A DNA stretch of 64,000 nucleotides from an uncultured Clostridia bacterium (GCA_937896905.1 CALBOE010000006.1:57336-121335), one strand, 5' to 3'; shown: positions 46,762 through 56,983, counted from the stretch's first letter. Numbers and translations are program-made. Notes: generated by a model not told the origin, from the letters alone.

Positions 46762-47157
46762 TTAGTTATAATATTTTTCATAAATTTCATTCATAATTGG
46801 TTTGTTGTTATCTATTAAATTGAATATATCAATAAAAGCTTCGTCCTTATCTTCATTTTGCAACAAGCGCATAGCTTCATTAACAAAGTTAATGCCATTA
46901 TATCTAACCAACCTTAAACAATCTGGGGCAATTTGCAAATTTATTTTAAGCACATTACAAACCGCTTGCCCAGTTATTATTGCAAAAAAGTTCATAAACT
47001 TATTTTTTATGTTAAATTGGCACCTAATGCCAACTGCTTTGCAAAATCTTATTAAACATAGTTGCTTAATTTGTTCGTAAATGTCTGTTTGGGCAATTTC
47101 GGTTGCTTCAATTTCCAAAAAGGTTTGAATTGTTTTTGTAACATGGCTTGTATTCAT
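46762..47157 (-). CDS. Hypothetical protein (131 aa)
   Basis: ATG 47157 lies 6 nt after a TTGACT-17-TATATT promoter (47192-47164). The track start at 47205 would lie upstream of that promoter. Confidence 0.5.
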   Translation of the reverse strand: MNTSHVTKTIQTFLEIEATEIAQTDIYEQIKQLCLIRFCKAVGIRCQFNIKNKFMNFFAIITGQAVCNVLKINLQIAPDCLRLVRYNGINFVNEAMRLLQNEDKDEAFIDIFNLIDNNKPIMNEIYEKYYN

Positions 47158-47241
47158 ACTTACAATATAATACAAATTTGTACAAAAGTCAATGGTAAAG
47201 TACAAATAAATTTATATTTTTTTTAAAAAATCCTTGTTTTG

Positions 47242-47580
47242 CTAGATATTAGAGGCCTGCATATATTCATGTTCTCGCTCGTATCTAACCTTCATTTCTT
47301 TATATTTTGCCGATAAATCGAATATGTATTTTTGCTTACCTTCTAACGACAAACTATTGTAATATTTATTATCCACAAGTTCTTTAATTGGATTAATAAT
47401 AATTTCCGCACTAGAAAGCATTTTGCAAACTTTACCATATAATTCCTGCTCTTGAACGCTGAGCGATGCCTTTGCATAAGGTATTTGTTCAAAAATTGAC
47501 TTTCCCTTATTGTAGTTTTTCATCCTGCTTTTTGCATCTTTTGCAAGAAGATATAATTTACCTTTAATTTTCTTTCTCAT
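47242..47580 (-). CDS. Hypothetical protein (112 aa)
   Basis: AGGGGGA RBS. Lys-rich N-terminus. No motif recognised. Confidence 0.55.
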   Translation of the reverse strand: MRKKIKGKLYLLAKDAKSRMKNYNKGKSIFEQIPYAKASLSVQEQELYGKVCKMLSSAEIIINPIKELVDNKYYNSLSLEGKQKYIFDLSAKYKEMKVRYEREHEYMQASNI

Positions 47581-47733
47581 ATTTTCCCCCTACACAAACT
47601 AGCATACAATGTTAAAGCAAAAACTCAAAAACTTTGGTGCGTAATATTTGCTCGAACTTTAACGAAAATTGTTGAATGTGGGAAAATTGTTAGGAAAATG
47701 AAATTTATAACAAAAAACCCACCATACGTGGGT

Positions 47734-48396
47734 TTATAAAGAAATTATAATCCAATTGTTTGTTTTTAGCCATCTCCTTAAAGTTTTATAGTTTGGCAAA
47801 ATTTCTGCCACCAACTGCCAAAACTTTAAACTATGGTTTTTTTGTTTTGTGTGGCACAGTTCGTGAACAACAACATAGTCCACAACCTCTATTGGGCAAA
47901 GCATTAATTTAAACGTAAAGTTAAGGGTGTTTTTTCCTCCGCACGAACCCCAACGAGAAGTTGCGCTCGTTATACTAATGCCTTTATGGCTAAACCCATA
48001 TCGTTGAGAATAAAATTCCACTCTATCGTTTATATATTTTTTTGCTTGACCTTTTAAAAAGTTAACAAACTTAGTTTGCGAATTTTGGTTTGGAACAATA
48101 ATGTCACAATTGCTAAACTTGCACCTTGAAACATTCTGCAACCTTATTGTATACGTTTGCCCCAAAATAGAAATTTCCTTATCATTTTCAATAACTATTT
48201 TGCGATTAATGCTATCTTTAGCTTCTTGTTGTTTTTTTAATATCCAGGCCGATTTTTCTGCAATAAATTTAGCAATATGTTCTTCTTTGCATTTTAACGG
48301 AGCCTTCACAATAAGTTCGCCGGCAGAATTCACCATCAAAACAAGTGTTTTTCTTTTGGATTTTTGAATTGCTTTAGGCTGTATTTCAAATTTCAT
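47734..48396 (-). CDS. YgjP-like (DUF45) zinc metallohydrolase
   Basis: HExxH motif in VVVHELCHTKQKNHSLKFW, typical of the DUF45/WLM-like family. Terminator overlaps the stop codon (47712-47734). Confidence 0.8.
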   Translation of the reverse strand: MKFEIQPKAIQKSKRKTLVLMVNSAGELIVKAPLKCKEEHIAKFIAEKSAWILKKQQEAKDSINRKIVIENDKEISILGQTYTIRLQNVSRCKFSNCDIIVPNQNSQTKFVNFLKGQAKKYINDRVEFYSQRYGFSHKGISITSATSRWGSCGGKNTLNFTFKLMLCPIEVVDYVVVHELCHTKQKNHSLKFWQLVAEILPNYKTLRRWLKTNNWIIISL

Positions 48397-48403
48397 AGTT
48401 CAC

Positions 48404-49315
48404 CTAAAACACCAATTCAAATAAAGCATTATATGCTGATATTTTGCCAGATTTTATTTTAAGGTCAAGCTCTACATACTTTTGATATAACTGAATGTAA
48501 TATTTAAGTCCGTTTTTTGCAACGTTCTGCCTTGCAAGTTTAACCGCATAAGGTTTAATTCCTAAAATGTTACTTATCTCGTTGTCGTTTTTATTAACCG
48601 CCACATATTGCATTCTTTTAAAATATTTGCCCATAAAAGAAAATATTTCACCATAAGATTGCGATTTTGCCATTGAATTTAAAATGGTTTGATAGTTTGC
48701 GTAATTTTTTCCATCTATTGCATTGGTTAGCATAAATATCACATATTCAGTAGAGTTAGAAACCAAATTAGTTACAGTTTGAATGTCTATAACTTGGCTG
48801 TCCATTGCATAGGCAGAAAGTTTGCCAAGCTCATTAACAATTTGAGCAACGCTTCCGCCTGTTGCGTTAATTAAATAGTCCAACGCTTGCTCTTGAATTG
48901 AAAGGTTTTGCTTTGCAAGATAATTTAAAATGTATTTATTTAAATCGGCACCATCTAGCTTTGAACAATCCACAACTTGTGCATTTTCCAGTTTTTCAGC
49001 GTTAACGCACACCACAACAAGTTCCTCGCTAAATTCATACCCATTAACAAATTTAACAATCTCCGCATTAGGATTAACTAAAACAATAACCCTGTAATCG
49101 TTCCCCATTGGCAAACTTTCAAATTGAAGCTGAACTTCGCTTGCTTTAAGTTTTTCGGCATCTAACTTAACATAGTTAAATTCTTCAAAATTCTTAACTG
49201 TTGCCAATTTAATTAAATTAATTGCTTGCCTAATTAAGAAAAAATCTTCACCTTTTAAATTGTAAAGGTTATTAATTTTCTCTTTTAAACTTTTATTTAA
49301 TTCAATAAATTTCAT
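48404..49315 (-). CDS. holA: DNA polymerase III subunit delta
   Basis: 303 aa with a HolA-like pattern, in the conserved position downstream of comEC. ATG 49315 lies 6 nt after TATAAT (49327-49322). Confidence 0.75.
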   Translation of the reverse strand: MKFIELNKSLKEKINNLYNLKGEDFFLIRQAINLIKLATVKNFEEFNYVKLDAEKLKASEVQLQFESLPMGNDYRVIVLVNPNAEIVKFVNGYEFSEELVVVCVNAEKLENAQVVDCSKLDGADLNKYILNYLAKQNLSIQEQALDYLINATGGSVAQIVNELGKLSAYAMDSQVIDIQTVTNLVSNSTEYVIFMLTNAIDGKNYANYQTILNSMAKSQSYGEIFSFMGKYFKRMQYVAVNKNDNEISNILGIKPYAVKLARQNVAKNGLKYYIQLYQKYVELDLKIKSGKISAYNALFELVF

Positions 49316-49322
49316 AATCACA

Positions 49323-50837
49323 TTATAGCAAACAAACGAAGAAAATTGCAAGCAATGGCAAGGTGTAAACAACTTTATTTGTTTCGCTTGCTGTGCAAAT
49401 TCGGCTAATTAAAAGCAAAAATAGGAAATAAACAACAATTGCTATGTAATTAAACGAAATTGTTGAAAAGTTAGCAATTGGCAAGTTTCCAAGCACAACC
49501 GCAACCAGATTAAGAAAATCATAAACAAAACCAATTGGATATAATAAATAGGTTATAAATGGAAGAACTAAACTAAACAACGCCAAAACAAATGTAATTG
49601 AAAATGCAACCGTGAAAATTGGAATTAAAATAATGTTTGCAATTAAAGAAATTATGTTTAAATTATTAAAGAAAAATGCCATAATAACCAACATGGCAAT
49701 TGAAGTTGAAGCACTTAACGCCAAACTTTTTGCCAACGCATTTGGAAATTTAACCTTTGCAAGTGCAAGTGAAATGGATTTATATAGCAAAACTATTCCT
49801 GCAATGCACGAAAAACTCATTAAAGCACTAACATCAAATGCCAATAGTGGATTAATTGCAAAACAAATAATGCCAGCAATCCCTAGCGCACTTAAACTAT
49901 CATATCTTCGTTTAACAATTGGCGCAAGCAAAAGCAAAACACTCATTATTGTTGCCCTAACCACCGAAACGGCAAAATTGCAAACATACATATAAAAAAT
50001 TAACATTAAGCAAATAATAATAAAACTAATTTTAGGTTTAACTTTTAAAAGTTTAAATAATTTACTTAATAACCCAACAATAATTCCTACATGTAAGCCA
50101 GACACAGCTAACATATGTGCAATTCCGCTCATTTTGTAAGCATTATATTGGTCTGGCGAAAGCATTGTCTTGTCGCCAAACAACGCAGAATAGGCAATTT
50201 CAACATTTTCATTGCTTAAACCGTTGTGTAAATTTTCTTTAATTTTTAGCCTTATCTGTTCCGCAAAAGTTTTGTCGTGCCCAATTTCGTTAACATCACC
50301 AGCAGAAACAATTATTGAATATTTCAAATTGTCGGCATAATATTTTGCATTGGGAGTTTTGTAAAAAAATAAATCAGTTGCATAAATTTTAGATGGATTT
50401 AGCGAAAGAATGTCACCAATTTCAAAGGCAGAAAAATCGTTTGTAGTATCGTAAAGGCGAATAATTAAATTAAAGTTTTGTTTGTTTTCGTCAAACTTTA
50501 TACTATCAGCATATAAGGTTAAAGTTCCATCTTGTGGCACTCCTACATTATAAATTCTTGCTTCCACCACACTTGGCAGCGCCGTTTCTTTTGGCGCAAA
50601 TTGTAAGGTTGCCATAAAATATGCTCCAGCTCCAACCGCAAAAGCCAATGCTGAAATTATAATAAACTTTGCACTTTTATTTTTAATGCAAATAAAAATT
50701 AAAACGCTTAAAACTAAAATGCTAACCAAAACGGTTATTAGAGTGTTGCTTGCAACATAAAATGAAAAAATTGTGCCTAACAACAAAAAGGCAAAAATTA
50801 AACATAATGGTCTAAAATTCAGCCACTGGTCTTTCAT
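49323..50837 (-). CDS. comEC: ComEC/Rec2 competence channel protein (membrane domain only)
   Basis: Polytopic membrane protein with HMLAVSGLHVGII, the ComEC signature. No C-terminal MBL domain. Confidence 0.85.
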   Translation of the reverse strand: MKDQWLNFRPLCLIFAFLLLGTIFSFYVASNTLITVLVSILVLSVLIFICIKNKSAKFIIISALAFAVGAGAYFMATLQFAPKETALPSVVEARIYNVGVPQDGTLTLYADSIKFDENKQNFNLIIRLYDTTNDFSAFEIGDILSLNPSKIYATDLFFYKTPNAKYYADNLKYSIIVSAGDVNEIGHDKTFAEQIRLKIKENLHNGLSNENVEIAYSALFGDKTMLSPDQYNAYKMSGIAHMLAVSGLHVGIIVGLLSKLFKLLKVKPKISFIIICLMLIFYMYVCNFAVSVVRATIMSVLLLLAPIVKRRYDSLSALGIAGIICFAINPLLAFDVSALMSFSCIAGIVLLYKSISLALAKVKFPNALAKSLALSASTSIAMLVIMAFFFNNLNIISLIANIILIPIFTVAFSITFVLALFSLVLPFITYLLYPIGFVYDFLNLVAVVLGNLPIANFSTISFNYIAIVVYFLFLLLISRICTASETNKVVYTLPLLAIFFVCLL

Positions 50838-50883
50838 TTAATGCATTATATCACAAAAATTTAAACAATTTAAGTGAATGTGC

Positions 50884-50912
50884 TTGAAAATTTAAAAAAT
50901 GTGTGATAAAAT
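50884..50912 (+). promoter_or_regulatory. Promoter of tRNA-Glu
   Basis: TTGAAA (50884-50889), 17-nt spacer, TAAAAT (50907-50912). Confidence 0.7.
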
Positions 50913-50943
50913 GCATGCAAGTTTAACAACAAACTTAACATTT

Positions 50944-51018
50944 GGCCTCATTGTCTAGAGGTTAGGACGCGACCCTCTCACGGTTGAAACCGGGGTTCGA
51001 TTCCCCGTGGGGCTACCA
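50944..51018 (+). tRNA. tRNA-Glu (CUC)
   Basis: 75-nt cloverleaf. Anticodon loop cuCUCac. T-arm cgggg-ttcgatt-ccccg. CCA encoded. Confidence 0.9.
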
Positions 51019-51024
51019 AAATTA

Positions 51025-51047
51025 ACGCACCGAAAGGTGCGTTTTTT
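51025..51047 (+). terminator. Terminator after tRNA-Glu
   Basis: acgcacc-gaaa-ggtgcgt stem followed by T6. Confidence 0.85.
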
Positions 51048-51089
51048 ATGGTTGGCTCAAGTTTGCAATATGTTGAGTTTTACGAAACA

Positions 51090-51109
51090 TATTCCCCGTG
51101 GGGCTACCA
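51090..51109 (+). repeat. 20-nt direct repeat of the tRNA-Glu 3' end
   Basis: attccccgtggggctaccaa is identical to 51000-51019. It is followed by its own terminator hairpin (cacacc-aaca-ggtgtg plus T6) at 51114-51137. Confidence 0.85.
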
Positions 51110-51234
51110 ACCAGTGCACACCAACAGGTGTGTTTTTTGTTTTAATATCAGTAATTTAATAAACGCAAAACGTAATATAATTAAAACAAACAACTCAATG
51201 AAAAAAATCCACGTTTATGTGGATTTTTGTTTTA

Positions 51235-52494
51235 TTAGTTCCCAGCAAGTTTTAACCAGCTTTCCATGTTGTTTTCCAACAAGCAAACTGGGTAGCCATT
51301 TTCTTCTTTTTCCATTTCTCTCATTTCGAATAGATTGCTTGTGTATCTTCCTTCTGCTGTAGATTTACTAATTAAGTTCATATAAGACGCTGCCATAATG
51401 TCTATGGTGTTAACATGGCCTGTTAAATCATAGAACGTTTTTGCAAAAATGCCAAACAACACTTTGTCCATAGATAGTTTTTTGTTGTAAGATTTAATAT
51501 CTCTAAACGCATAATAAGCAAGACGAGTAAATTCGTTAATATCCTTAACCGTGAAATTTTTAAGTTTTAAGCCAAATCTTTCTTTATCTTTGATTGTTTG
51601 TTGGAACAACTCTTCTTCAAAAATGCCTTGTAGGGTGCAAGCGATGTAATCTTCTTTAACCCTATTTTTTGCCATCATAACAAAATCCCAGAAGAAGAAA
51701 TCGAAACATCTAACATATTGCATATCTTTAAGTTTTTCTGGAAAGAATTTTGTTATAGATTTAACTCTATAAGGATAGTTTTTCATTCCCATATGCCAAA
51801 TTGTGCACTTCTTTTCCCAAAATTTATCTGCTGAATAAAGTGAATTAACTGCACTGGCTTCTGCATTTGGATTGTATGGCGCGCAATAGTAGTTGTGATA
51901 AACTTCATCGATTAATGCAATCTTTTTAATGTTATGAAGATTATCTAAATTGAACAATTCGTCTTCGTTAAATTTAACACCAACAACAAATTCTTCTGTT
52001 AAGCACTTTCTTCTTGTAATTTTATTCCAAGGAACACCATGAGCAAAGAAATCTTGATAGAAAACCATAAACAAATTGTCGTCGGTCATATCATACACGC
52101 CCGCTGGCAAATATTGTTCGAAACAAGGGTGAGTGAAATTGCAAACAACCATGTCTGCCCCAGTTCTTTCAAGTTCTTTAGCCATATTGCTAAGCACAAA
52201 CGGATGAGTGTAGTTATCGTCGGCATCTAAAAACACAACATAATTTCCTGTTATGTTCTTCAAGCCGTTATTTCTAGCAACCGACACGCCCGCATTTTTT
52301 TGATTAATAACTTTAAAGCGTGGATCTATGCCAGCATATTTATTAGCAACTTGTAATGTATCGTCTGCACTTCCGTCGTTAACAATAACAACTTCTAAGT
52401 TTTTATAGTCTTGTTCCCTAACACTGTTTAAAGTGCGAGCCAATGTTTTTCCTGCATTATAGCAAGGAATAATAATAGATATTTTTTCGTTCAT
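51235..52494 (-). CDS. Family 2 glycosyltransferase
   Basis: N-terminal GT-A signature IIIPCYNAGKTL...VIVNDGSADDT and a DAD motif (FLDADD). 419 aa. Confidence 0.85.
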   Translation of the reverse strand: MNEKISIIIPCYNAGKTLARTLNSVREQDYKNLEVVIVNDGSADDTLQVANKYAGIDPRFKVINQKNAGVSVARNNGLKNITGNYVVFLDADDNYTHPFVLSNMAKELERTGADMVVCNFTHPCFEQYLPAGVYDMTDDNLFMVFYQDFFAHGVPWNKITRRKCLTEEFVVGVKFNEDELFNLDNLHNIKKIALIDEVYHNYYCAPYNPNAEASAVNSLYSADKFWEKKCTIWHMGMKNYPYRVKSITKFFPEKLKDMQYVRCFDFFFWDFVMMAKNRVKEDYIACTLQGIFEEELFQQTIKDKERFGLKLKNFTVKDINEFTRLAYYAFRDIKSYNKKLSMDKVLFGIFAKTFYDLTGHVNTIDIMAASYMNLISKSTAEGRYTSNLFEMREMEKEENGYPVCLLENNMESWLKLAGN

Positions 52495-52809
52495 TAATAC
52501 ATCCCCTTCGATATTTATTAAACTTACGAAAGATTGCCCTTTCGCTGTTGATATGTTACCAATATAAACTGCTTTTTACAATAGAAAATGCCTAAAACTG
52601 TTCTAAACTTGAAAAACGTCAAATTCTAGCCAACTCTACTGTTAAGAGAGTTGGAAAAAGTTGTCCAATTCTGCGAGAATTTGCTAAATTGTTTGCATAT
52701 TTTTTAGGTTTGTGCTACAATTTTTAATATAAACTATAAAAATTTGAAGATTTTACAGCAATTCACTTAAAAACATCACATATCAAAATCTAATTTTATA
52801 AGGAGATTT

Positions 52810-53565
52810 ATGGAAGATATTAATAAGGTTATTGGAAAAAATTTATTAATTCTAAGAAAACGTGCCAAGTTAACACAGGTGGAATTGGCCGATAAATTTA
52901 AGTATTCCGACAAAACTATATCCAAATGGGAAACTGGCGAATCGCTGCCTAGCATTGAAATTTTGCACGAGTTGGCACAATTTTATAATGTAACTTTAAA
53001 CGATTTAGTTAGCAAAGAACCAATACCCAATGAAACGGAAAACAAAAAATCAACAAACAAACCATTCCCAACCAAATTGGTTATAACACTTCTTGCGGTT
53101 AGCGCAGTTTGGTTGTGTGCAACAGTTCTGTTTGTTTGCTTTAATATTGTTTTAGACGTTAACTACGGAATGGTGTTCTTTTGGGCCGTGCCAGTTTCAT
53201 GCATTGTTTTAATTGTGTTTAACAGCATTTGGGGCAAAAATAAACTGCTGTTTCCAATTTTAACAGTGTTAATTTGGACCACTCTTGCCTGCATTCATAT
53301 TCAGTTAATAAAATATCAACTTTGGGTAATTTACATTTTGGGCGTTCCTCTTCAAGTTGCAGTAACTTTGTGGGGCGCATTATTAACTAAAAAACCAAAT
53401 CTCCAAAAAACTAATAAATCAGCCAAAATTAAAAAAGAAAAGGAAACAAAAAAAGAATTAAACCAAAAAGAAACTCAACAAAAAGAGTCAAACACTTTAA
53501 CCCTTAACAATGTTGATAAAAAAGAGGACACAATTTCTGTTAGCCTAACAAACAAAGAACAATAG
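52810..53565 (+). CDS. XRE-family HTH regulator fused to a 4-TM membrane domain
   Basis: HTH_3 pattern (LRKRAKLTQVELADKFKYSDKTISKWETGESLPSIEILHELAQFYNVTLNDL), then TM helices and a Lys-rich tail. Confidence 0.8.
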   Translation: MEDINKVIGKNLLILRKRAKLTQVELADKFKYSDKTISKWETGESLPSIEILHELAQFYNVTLNDLVSKEPIPNETENKKSTNKPFPTKLVITLLAVSAVWLCATVLFVCFNIVLDVNYGMVFFWAVPVSCIVLIVFNSIWGKNKLLFPILTVLIWTTLACIHIQLIKYQLWVIYILGVPLQVAVTLWGALLTKKPNLQKTNKSAKIKKEKETKKELNQKETQQKESNTLTLNNVDKKEDTISVSLTNKEQ

Positions 53566-53651
53566 AATAAACATTAAAAAAGTATGGGTACATTTCCATA
53601 CTTTTTTTGTTTTTCCAATATAATTTTATTTGTTTTATAAGATTTTTAGTT

Positions 53652-54353
53652 TTATCTTCTATTTTGATCCTGCGGTGGCATTGGCCTTGGCATAGGTCTT
53701 TGTGGTGGTTGTGGATAATTGCCTTGTGGTGCACCTTGAGGATATTTTGGTTGTTGAGGATTTCCAGCTTGTTGTGGATATCTTGATTGTTGAGGATTTC
53801 CTACTTGTTGAGGATATCTTGGTTGTTGTGGCATTGCTGGACGTGCAGCATATCCGCCTTGTGGCATTTGTTGTGGCCTTACCTGTTGTGGTTGAGCTGG
53901 GTATGGAAGTTGAGAATATCCAGCTTGTGGCATAGGTTTAACATCATTTGAATTAACTTCAACACGTTTTGCCACAATTCCAAGAATTGATGCAACAAAA
54001 GTTTCAATTAATGGAATTATAGTTGGCATAAGTGTAATAATTGATGTATTTAACATTTCTGGGTTTGAAGCGTATTGGATCACATAGTAAGCAACTGCCA
54101 ACAATGTGCCAACCAGCATTAACACTCCACCAAGACGAGATTTTTTTAGGCAGAAGCAAGAACCAATAAAAGTTAACAAGCTTGCAACTGCAAACACTAC
54201 AACAATCACCATTGCAATTGTAAATTCAGTTCCACCCATACCCATAAGGCTCATCATAACAACTGCAGAAACTAATGGAACTGCTGCAGAAATTAGCGAC
54301 AAACTGCCAATAAATCCCAAAACAAAGGCAGCAACGCTTTCTCTTTTTTTCAT
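53652..54353 (-). CDS. Membrane protein with a C-terminal Pro/Gln-rich repeat tail
   Basis: About five TM helices followed by PQQ(V/M)..., RYPQQ(V/A)GNPQQ(S/P) repeats. The DNA-level ~33-nt periodicity lies at ~53700-53830. Confidence 0.65.
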   Translation of the reverse strand: MKKRESVAAFVLGFIGSLSLISAAVPLVSAVVMMSLMGMGGTEFTIAMVIVVVFAVASLLTFIGSCFCLKKSRLGGVLMLVGTLLAVAYYVIQYASNPEMLNTSIITLMPTIIPLIETFVASILGIVAKRVEVNSNDVKPMPQAGYSQLPYPAQPQQVRPQQMPQGGYAARPAMPQQPRYPQQVGNPQQSRYPQQAGNPQQPKYPQGAPQGNYPQPPQRPMPRPMPPQDQNRR

Positions 54354-54434
54354 ATAAACACCCCTTTTTTACTTACATTTATTTTAACACTATTTTATAT
54401 TAAATACAAATAAATTTAGTGTTTTTGTTAAAAT

Positions 54435-56843
54435 TTAAACAACAATATTAAATATGCGCCCAGGAATATAAACCATCTTCTTATAGCCGTTTTCTACCCA
54501 AGTGGCAACTTCTTTAAGTGCAGTTTGTTTAATTTCCTCTTCTGGTGCGGTTTTGCTAACTGTAATTTTTCCACGCAATTTACCATTAACTTGAATTGGA
54601 ATTTCTATTGTTGAAATTTCTAGTTTGGTTTTGTCGTATGTTGGCCAACTTTCGAATGCCACTGTTTTATTATGGCCTAAACCTTGCCACAATTCTTCGG
54701 TTAAGCATGGGCAAATTGGATTAAGCAGTTTAACAAACCCTTCGGCGTATTCACGTGGGAAAGATTTTACTTTAGAAACAGCATTAATAAATATCATCAT
54801 TTGAGAAATTGCCGTGTTAAAGTTTAAGCTTTCATAATCTTCACTAACTTTTTTAACGGTTTGGTTATAAACAAAATCCAATTCGCCATCGTTTTCGTTT
54901 GTGATTGGCTTTTCTTGATATAACCTAAACACTCTATCAAGGAATTTTCTTGCACCGTTAACACCATTTTCGTCCCACGGTTTAGACGCTTGAAGTGGCC
55001 CCATAAACATTTCGTATAGGCGCAAGGTGTCTGCCCCATATTTTTTAACAATAACGTTAGGATCTACAACATATTCTGGGAAACGCTTGCCCATTTTAAT
55101 GCCATTTGCACCCAAAATCATTCCCGGGTGAACAAGTTTTTTGAAAGGTTCTTTAACCGGAACAACACCCTTATCAAACAAATAGTTATTCCACATTCTT
55201 GAATATAACAAATGCCCAACTGCGTGTTCTGGCCCACCAACATAAAGGTCAACCGGAAGCCAATGTTTTAAAAGTTCTTTATTTGCAATCTCGTTATTGT
55301 TCTTAGGGTCGATATATCTTAAATAATACCAACTAGAACCAGCGCTTCCTGGCATTGTGCTTGTTTCTCTTTTGGCTGGCTTGCCATTAACAACAACATT
55401 AACCCAATCTTCTGCTTTTGCAAGTGGACTACTTCCGTCCTTTGCTGGCTTATAATCATCTAAAACAGGAAGAACAAGAGGAAGTTCGCTGTCGCTCAGT
55501 GCTGCAGTTGTGCCATCTTCAAAATGAACAACCGGAATTGGCTCGCCCCAATAACGCTGACGGGCAAATATCCATTCTCTAATTCTAAAATTAGATTTTA
55601 CCCTTCCAACTCCCATTTTAACAACTTTGTCGGTTATTGCTTTTTTTGCTTGCTCAACAGTTAGCCCATTAAATTCTTCACTGTTAATAAGAGTGCAACT
55701 CTTTCCTAAATAATCCTGCTTTTCAAATGCGTGATTACTCACATCTGCACCAGCAATAACCTGAATCATTGGAATGTTGTGAGCAATTGCATATTCAAAA
55801 TCTCGCTGGTCGTGGCTTGGAACTGCCATAACTGCACCAGTGCCATAACTTGCCAAAACAAAGTCGCCAATAAACAATGGAACTTTTTTGCCGTTAACCG
55901 GGTTAATTGCATAAACTCCATCTAGTTTAACACCAGTTTTGCCTTTGTTTAGTTCTGTTCTTTCCAAGTCGCTTAACTTGGCGGTTTCTGCCCTGTACTG
56001 CGCAACTTCTTTCCAGTTTTTTATTCTTGGTTTAAGTTCGTCCACCAACTTACTTTCTGGCGCAACAACCATAAAGGTTATGCCATAAATTGTTTCAATG
56101 CATGTGGTGAAAATAGAAAACTTTCCGCCACCAACCAAATCAAAGTCCACTTCCACGCCGTTAGATTTGCCAATCCAATTTTTTTGCATAAGTTTGGTAG
56201 ATTCTGGCCAATCAATTTCATTTAAACCTTCTAACAATCTGCCGGCATACTTTGGAATATCAATAACCCATTGTTTCATATTCTTTTTAACAACAGGAAA
56301 TCCTCCTCGTTCACTTTTGCCATCAACAATTTCGTCATTTGCAAGCACGCATCCCAATTCTTCACACCAATTAACAGGCATTTCAACACAGCGTGCTAAC
56401 CCGTCTTGATATAGTTGTTTAAAAATCCATTGAGTCCATTTGTAAAAATCGGGCGCACTGGTTTGAATATTCCTGTCCCAATCGTAAGAAAATCCAATGT
56501 TTTTTAATTGATTGGTGAAATATGCAATGTTCTTTTGAGTGAAACTATCAGGGTGATTACCTGTTTCAATAGCAAACTGTTCTGCTGGCAAACCAAAAGA
56601 ATCGAATCCCATTGGGTGCAAAACGTTATACCCTTGCATGCGCTTCATTCTGCTAACAATGTCTGTTGCCGTGTAGCCCTCTGGGTGGCCAACGTGAAGC
56701 CCTGCGCCAGATGGATACGGAAACATATCTAACGCATAGAACTTTGGCTTGGAAAAATCCCAAATATCTGTTTTAAAAGTTTCATTTTCTTCCCAATATT
56801 TTTTCCATTTTGCTTCAATTTCAATGTGATTATATTCTTTCAT
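54435..56843 (-). CDS. leuS: Leucyl-tRNA synthetase
   Basis: 802 aa. HIGH-type motif (HVGHPEGYT), a KMSKS-like KMGKR, and a CP1 editing domain. Confidence 0.98.
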   Translation of the reverse strand: MKEYNHIEIEAKWKKYWEENETFKTDIWDFSKPKFYALDMFPYPSGAGLHVGHPEGYTATDIVSRMKRMQGYNVLHPMGFDSFGLPAEQFAIETGNHPDSFTQKNIAYFTNQLKNIGFSYDWDRNIQTSAPDFYKWTQWIFKQLYQDGLARCVEMPVNWCEELGCVLANDEIVDGKSERGGFPVVKKNMKQWVIDIPKYAGRLLEGLNEIDWPESTKLMQKNWIGKSNGVEVDFDLVGGGKFSIFTTCIETIYGITFMVVAPESKLVDELKPRIKNWKEVAQYRAETAKLSDLERTELNKGKTGVKLDGVYAINPVNGKKVPLFIGDFVLASYGTGAVMAVPSHDQRDFEYAIAHNIPMIQVIAGADVSNHAFEKQDYLGKSCTLINSEEFNGLTVEQAKKAITDKVVKMGVGRVKSNFRIREWIFARQRYWGEPIPVVHFEDGTTAALSDSELPLVLPVLDDYKPAKDGSSPLAKAEDWVNVVVNGKPAKRETSTMPGSAGSSWYYLRYIDPKNNNEIANKELLKHWLPVDLYVGGPEHAVGHLLYSRMWNNYLFDKGVVPVKEPFKKLVHPGMILGANGIKMGKRFPEYVVDPNVIVKKYGADTLRLYEMFMGPLQASKPWDENGVNGARKFLDRVFRLYQEKPITNENDGELDFVYNQTVKKVSEDYESLNFNTAISQMMIFINAVSKVKSFPREYAEGFVKLLNPICPCLTEELWQGLGHNKTVAFESWPTYDKTKLEISTIEIPIQVNGKLRGKITVSKTAPEEEIKQTALKEVATWVENGYKKMVYIPGRIFNIVV

Positions 56844-56865
56844 AAAATCTCCTTAAATGGTTATT

Positions 56866-56893
56866 AAAAAAATGACAGCCACCCATGCCGTCA
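56866..56893 (-). terminator. Intrinsic terminator in the leuS leader (attenuator)
   Basis: Minus strand: tgacggc-atgggtg-gctgtca followed by T7. It lies 22 nt upstream of the leuS start codon at 56843. Confidence 0.75.
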
Positions 56894-56941
56894 ATTTTAA
56901 CTTTCGGCACAAGCAAAATAAGTGCCAATGCTAGGCACCAT

Positions 56942-56977
56942 TTACCATAAGAGCAATGCCAAAGTTTTAATTATCAT
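56942..56977 (-). CDS. Candidate leaderless leader peptide MIIKTLALLLW (4 Leu in 11 codons)
   Basis: The ATG sits exactly 6 nt after the -10 box. Codons are TTG GCA TTG CTC TTA, and the stop lies 4 nt before the first attenuator helix. Confidence 0.35.
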   Translation of the reverse strand: MIIKTLALLLW

Positions 56978-56983
56978 GTTATT

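Noticed and set aside
51048-51362. 104-aa plus-strand ORF after tRNA-Glu.
   Set aside because: It crosses two terminators and the duplicated tRNA end and overlaps the 3' end of the glycosyltransferase gene. It has no RBS.
53702-53935. 77-aa plus-strand ORF rich in Val/Leu/Asp repeats.
   Set aside because: It is the antisense reading of the Pro/Gln repeat region of the 53652-54353 gene. Its periodicity mirrors that repeat.
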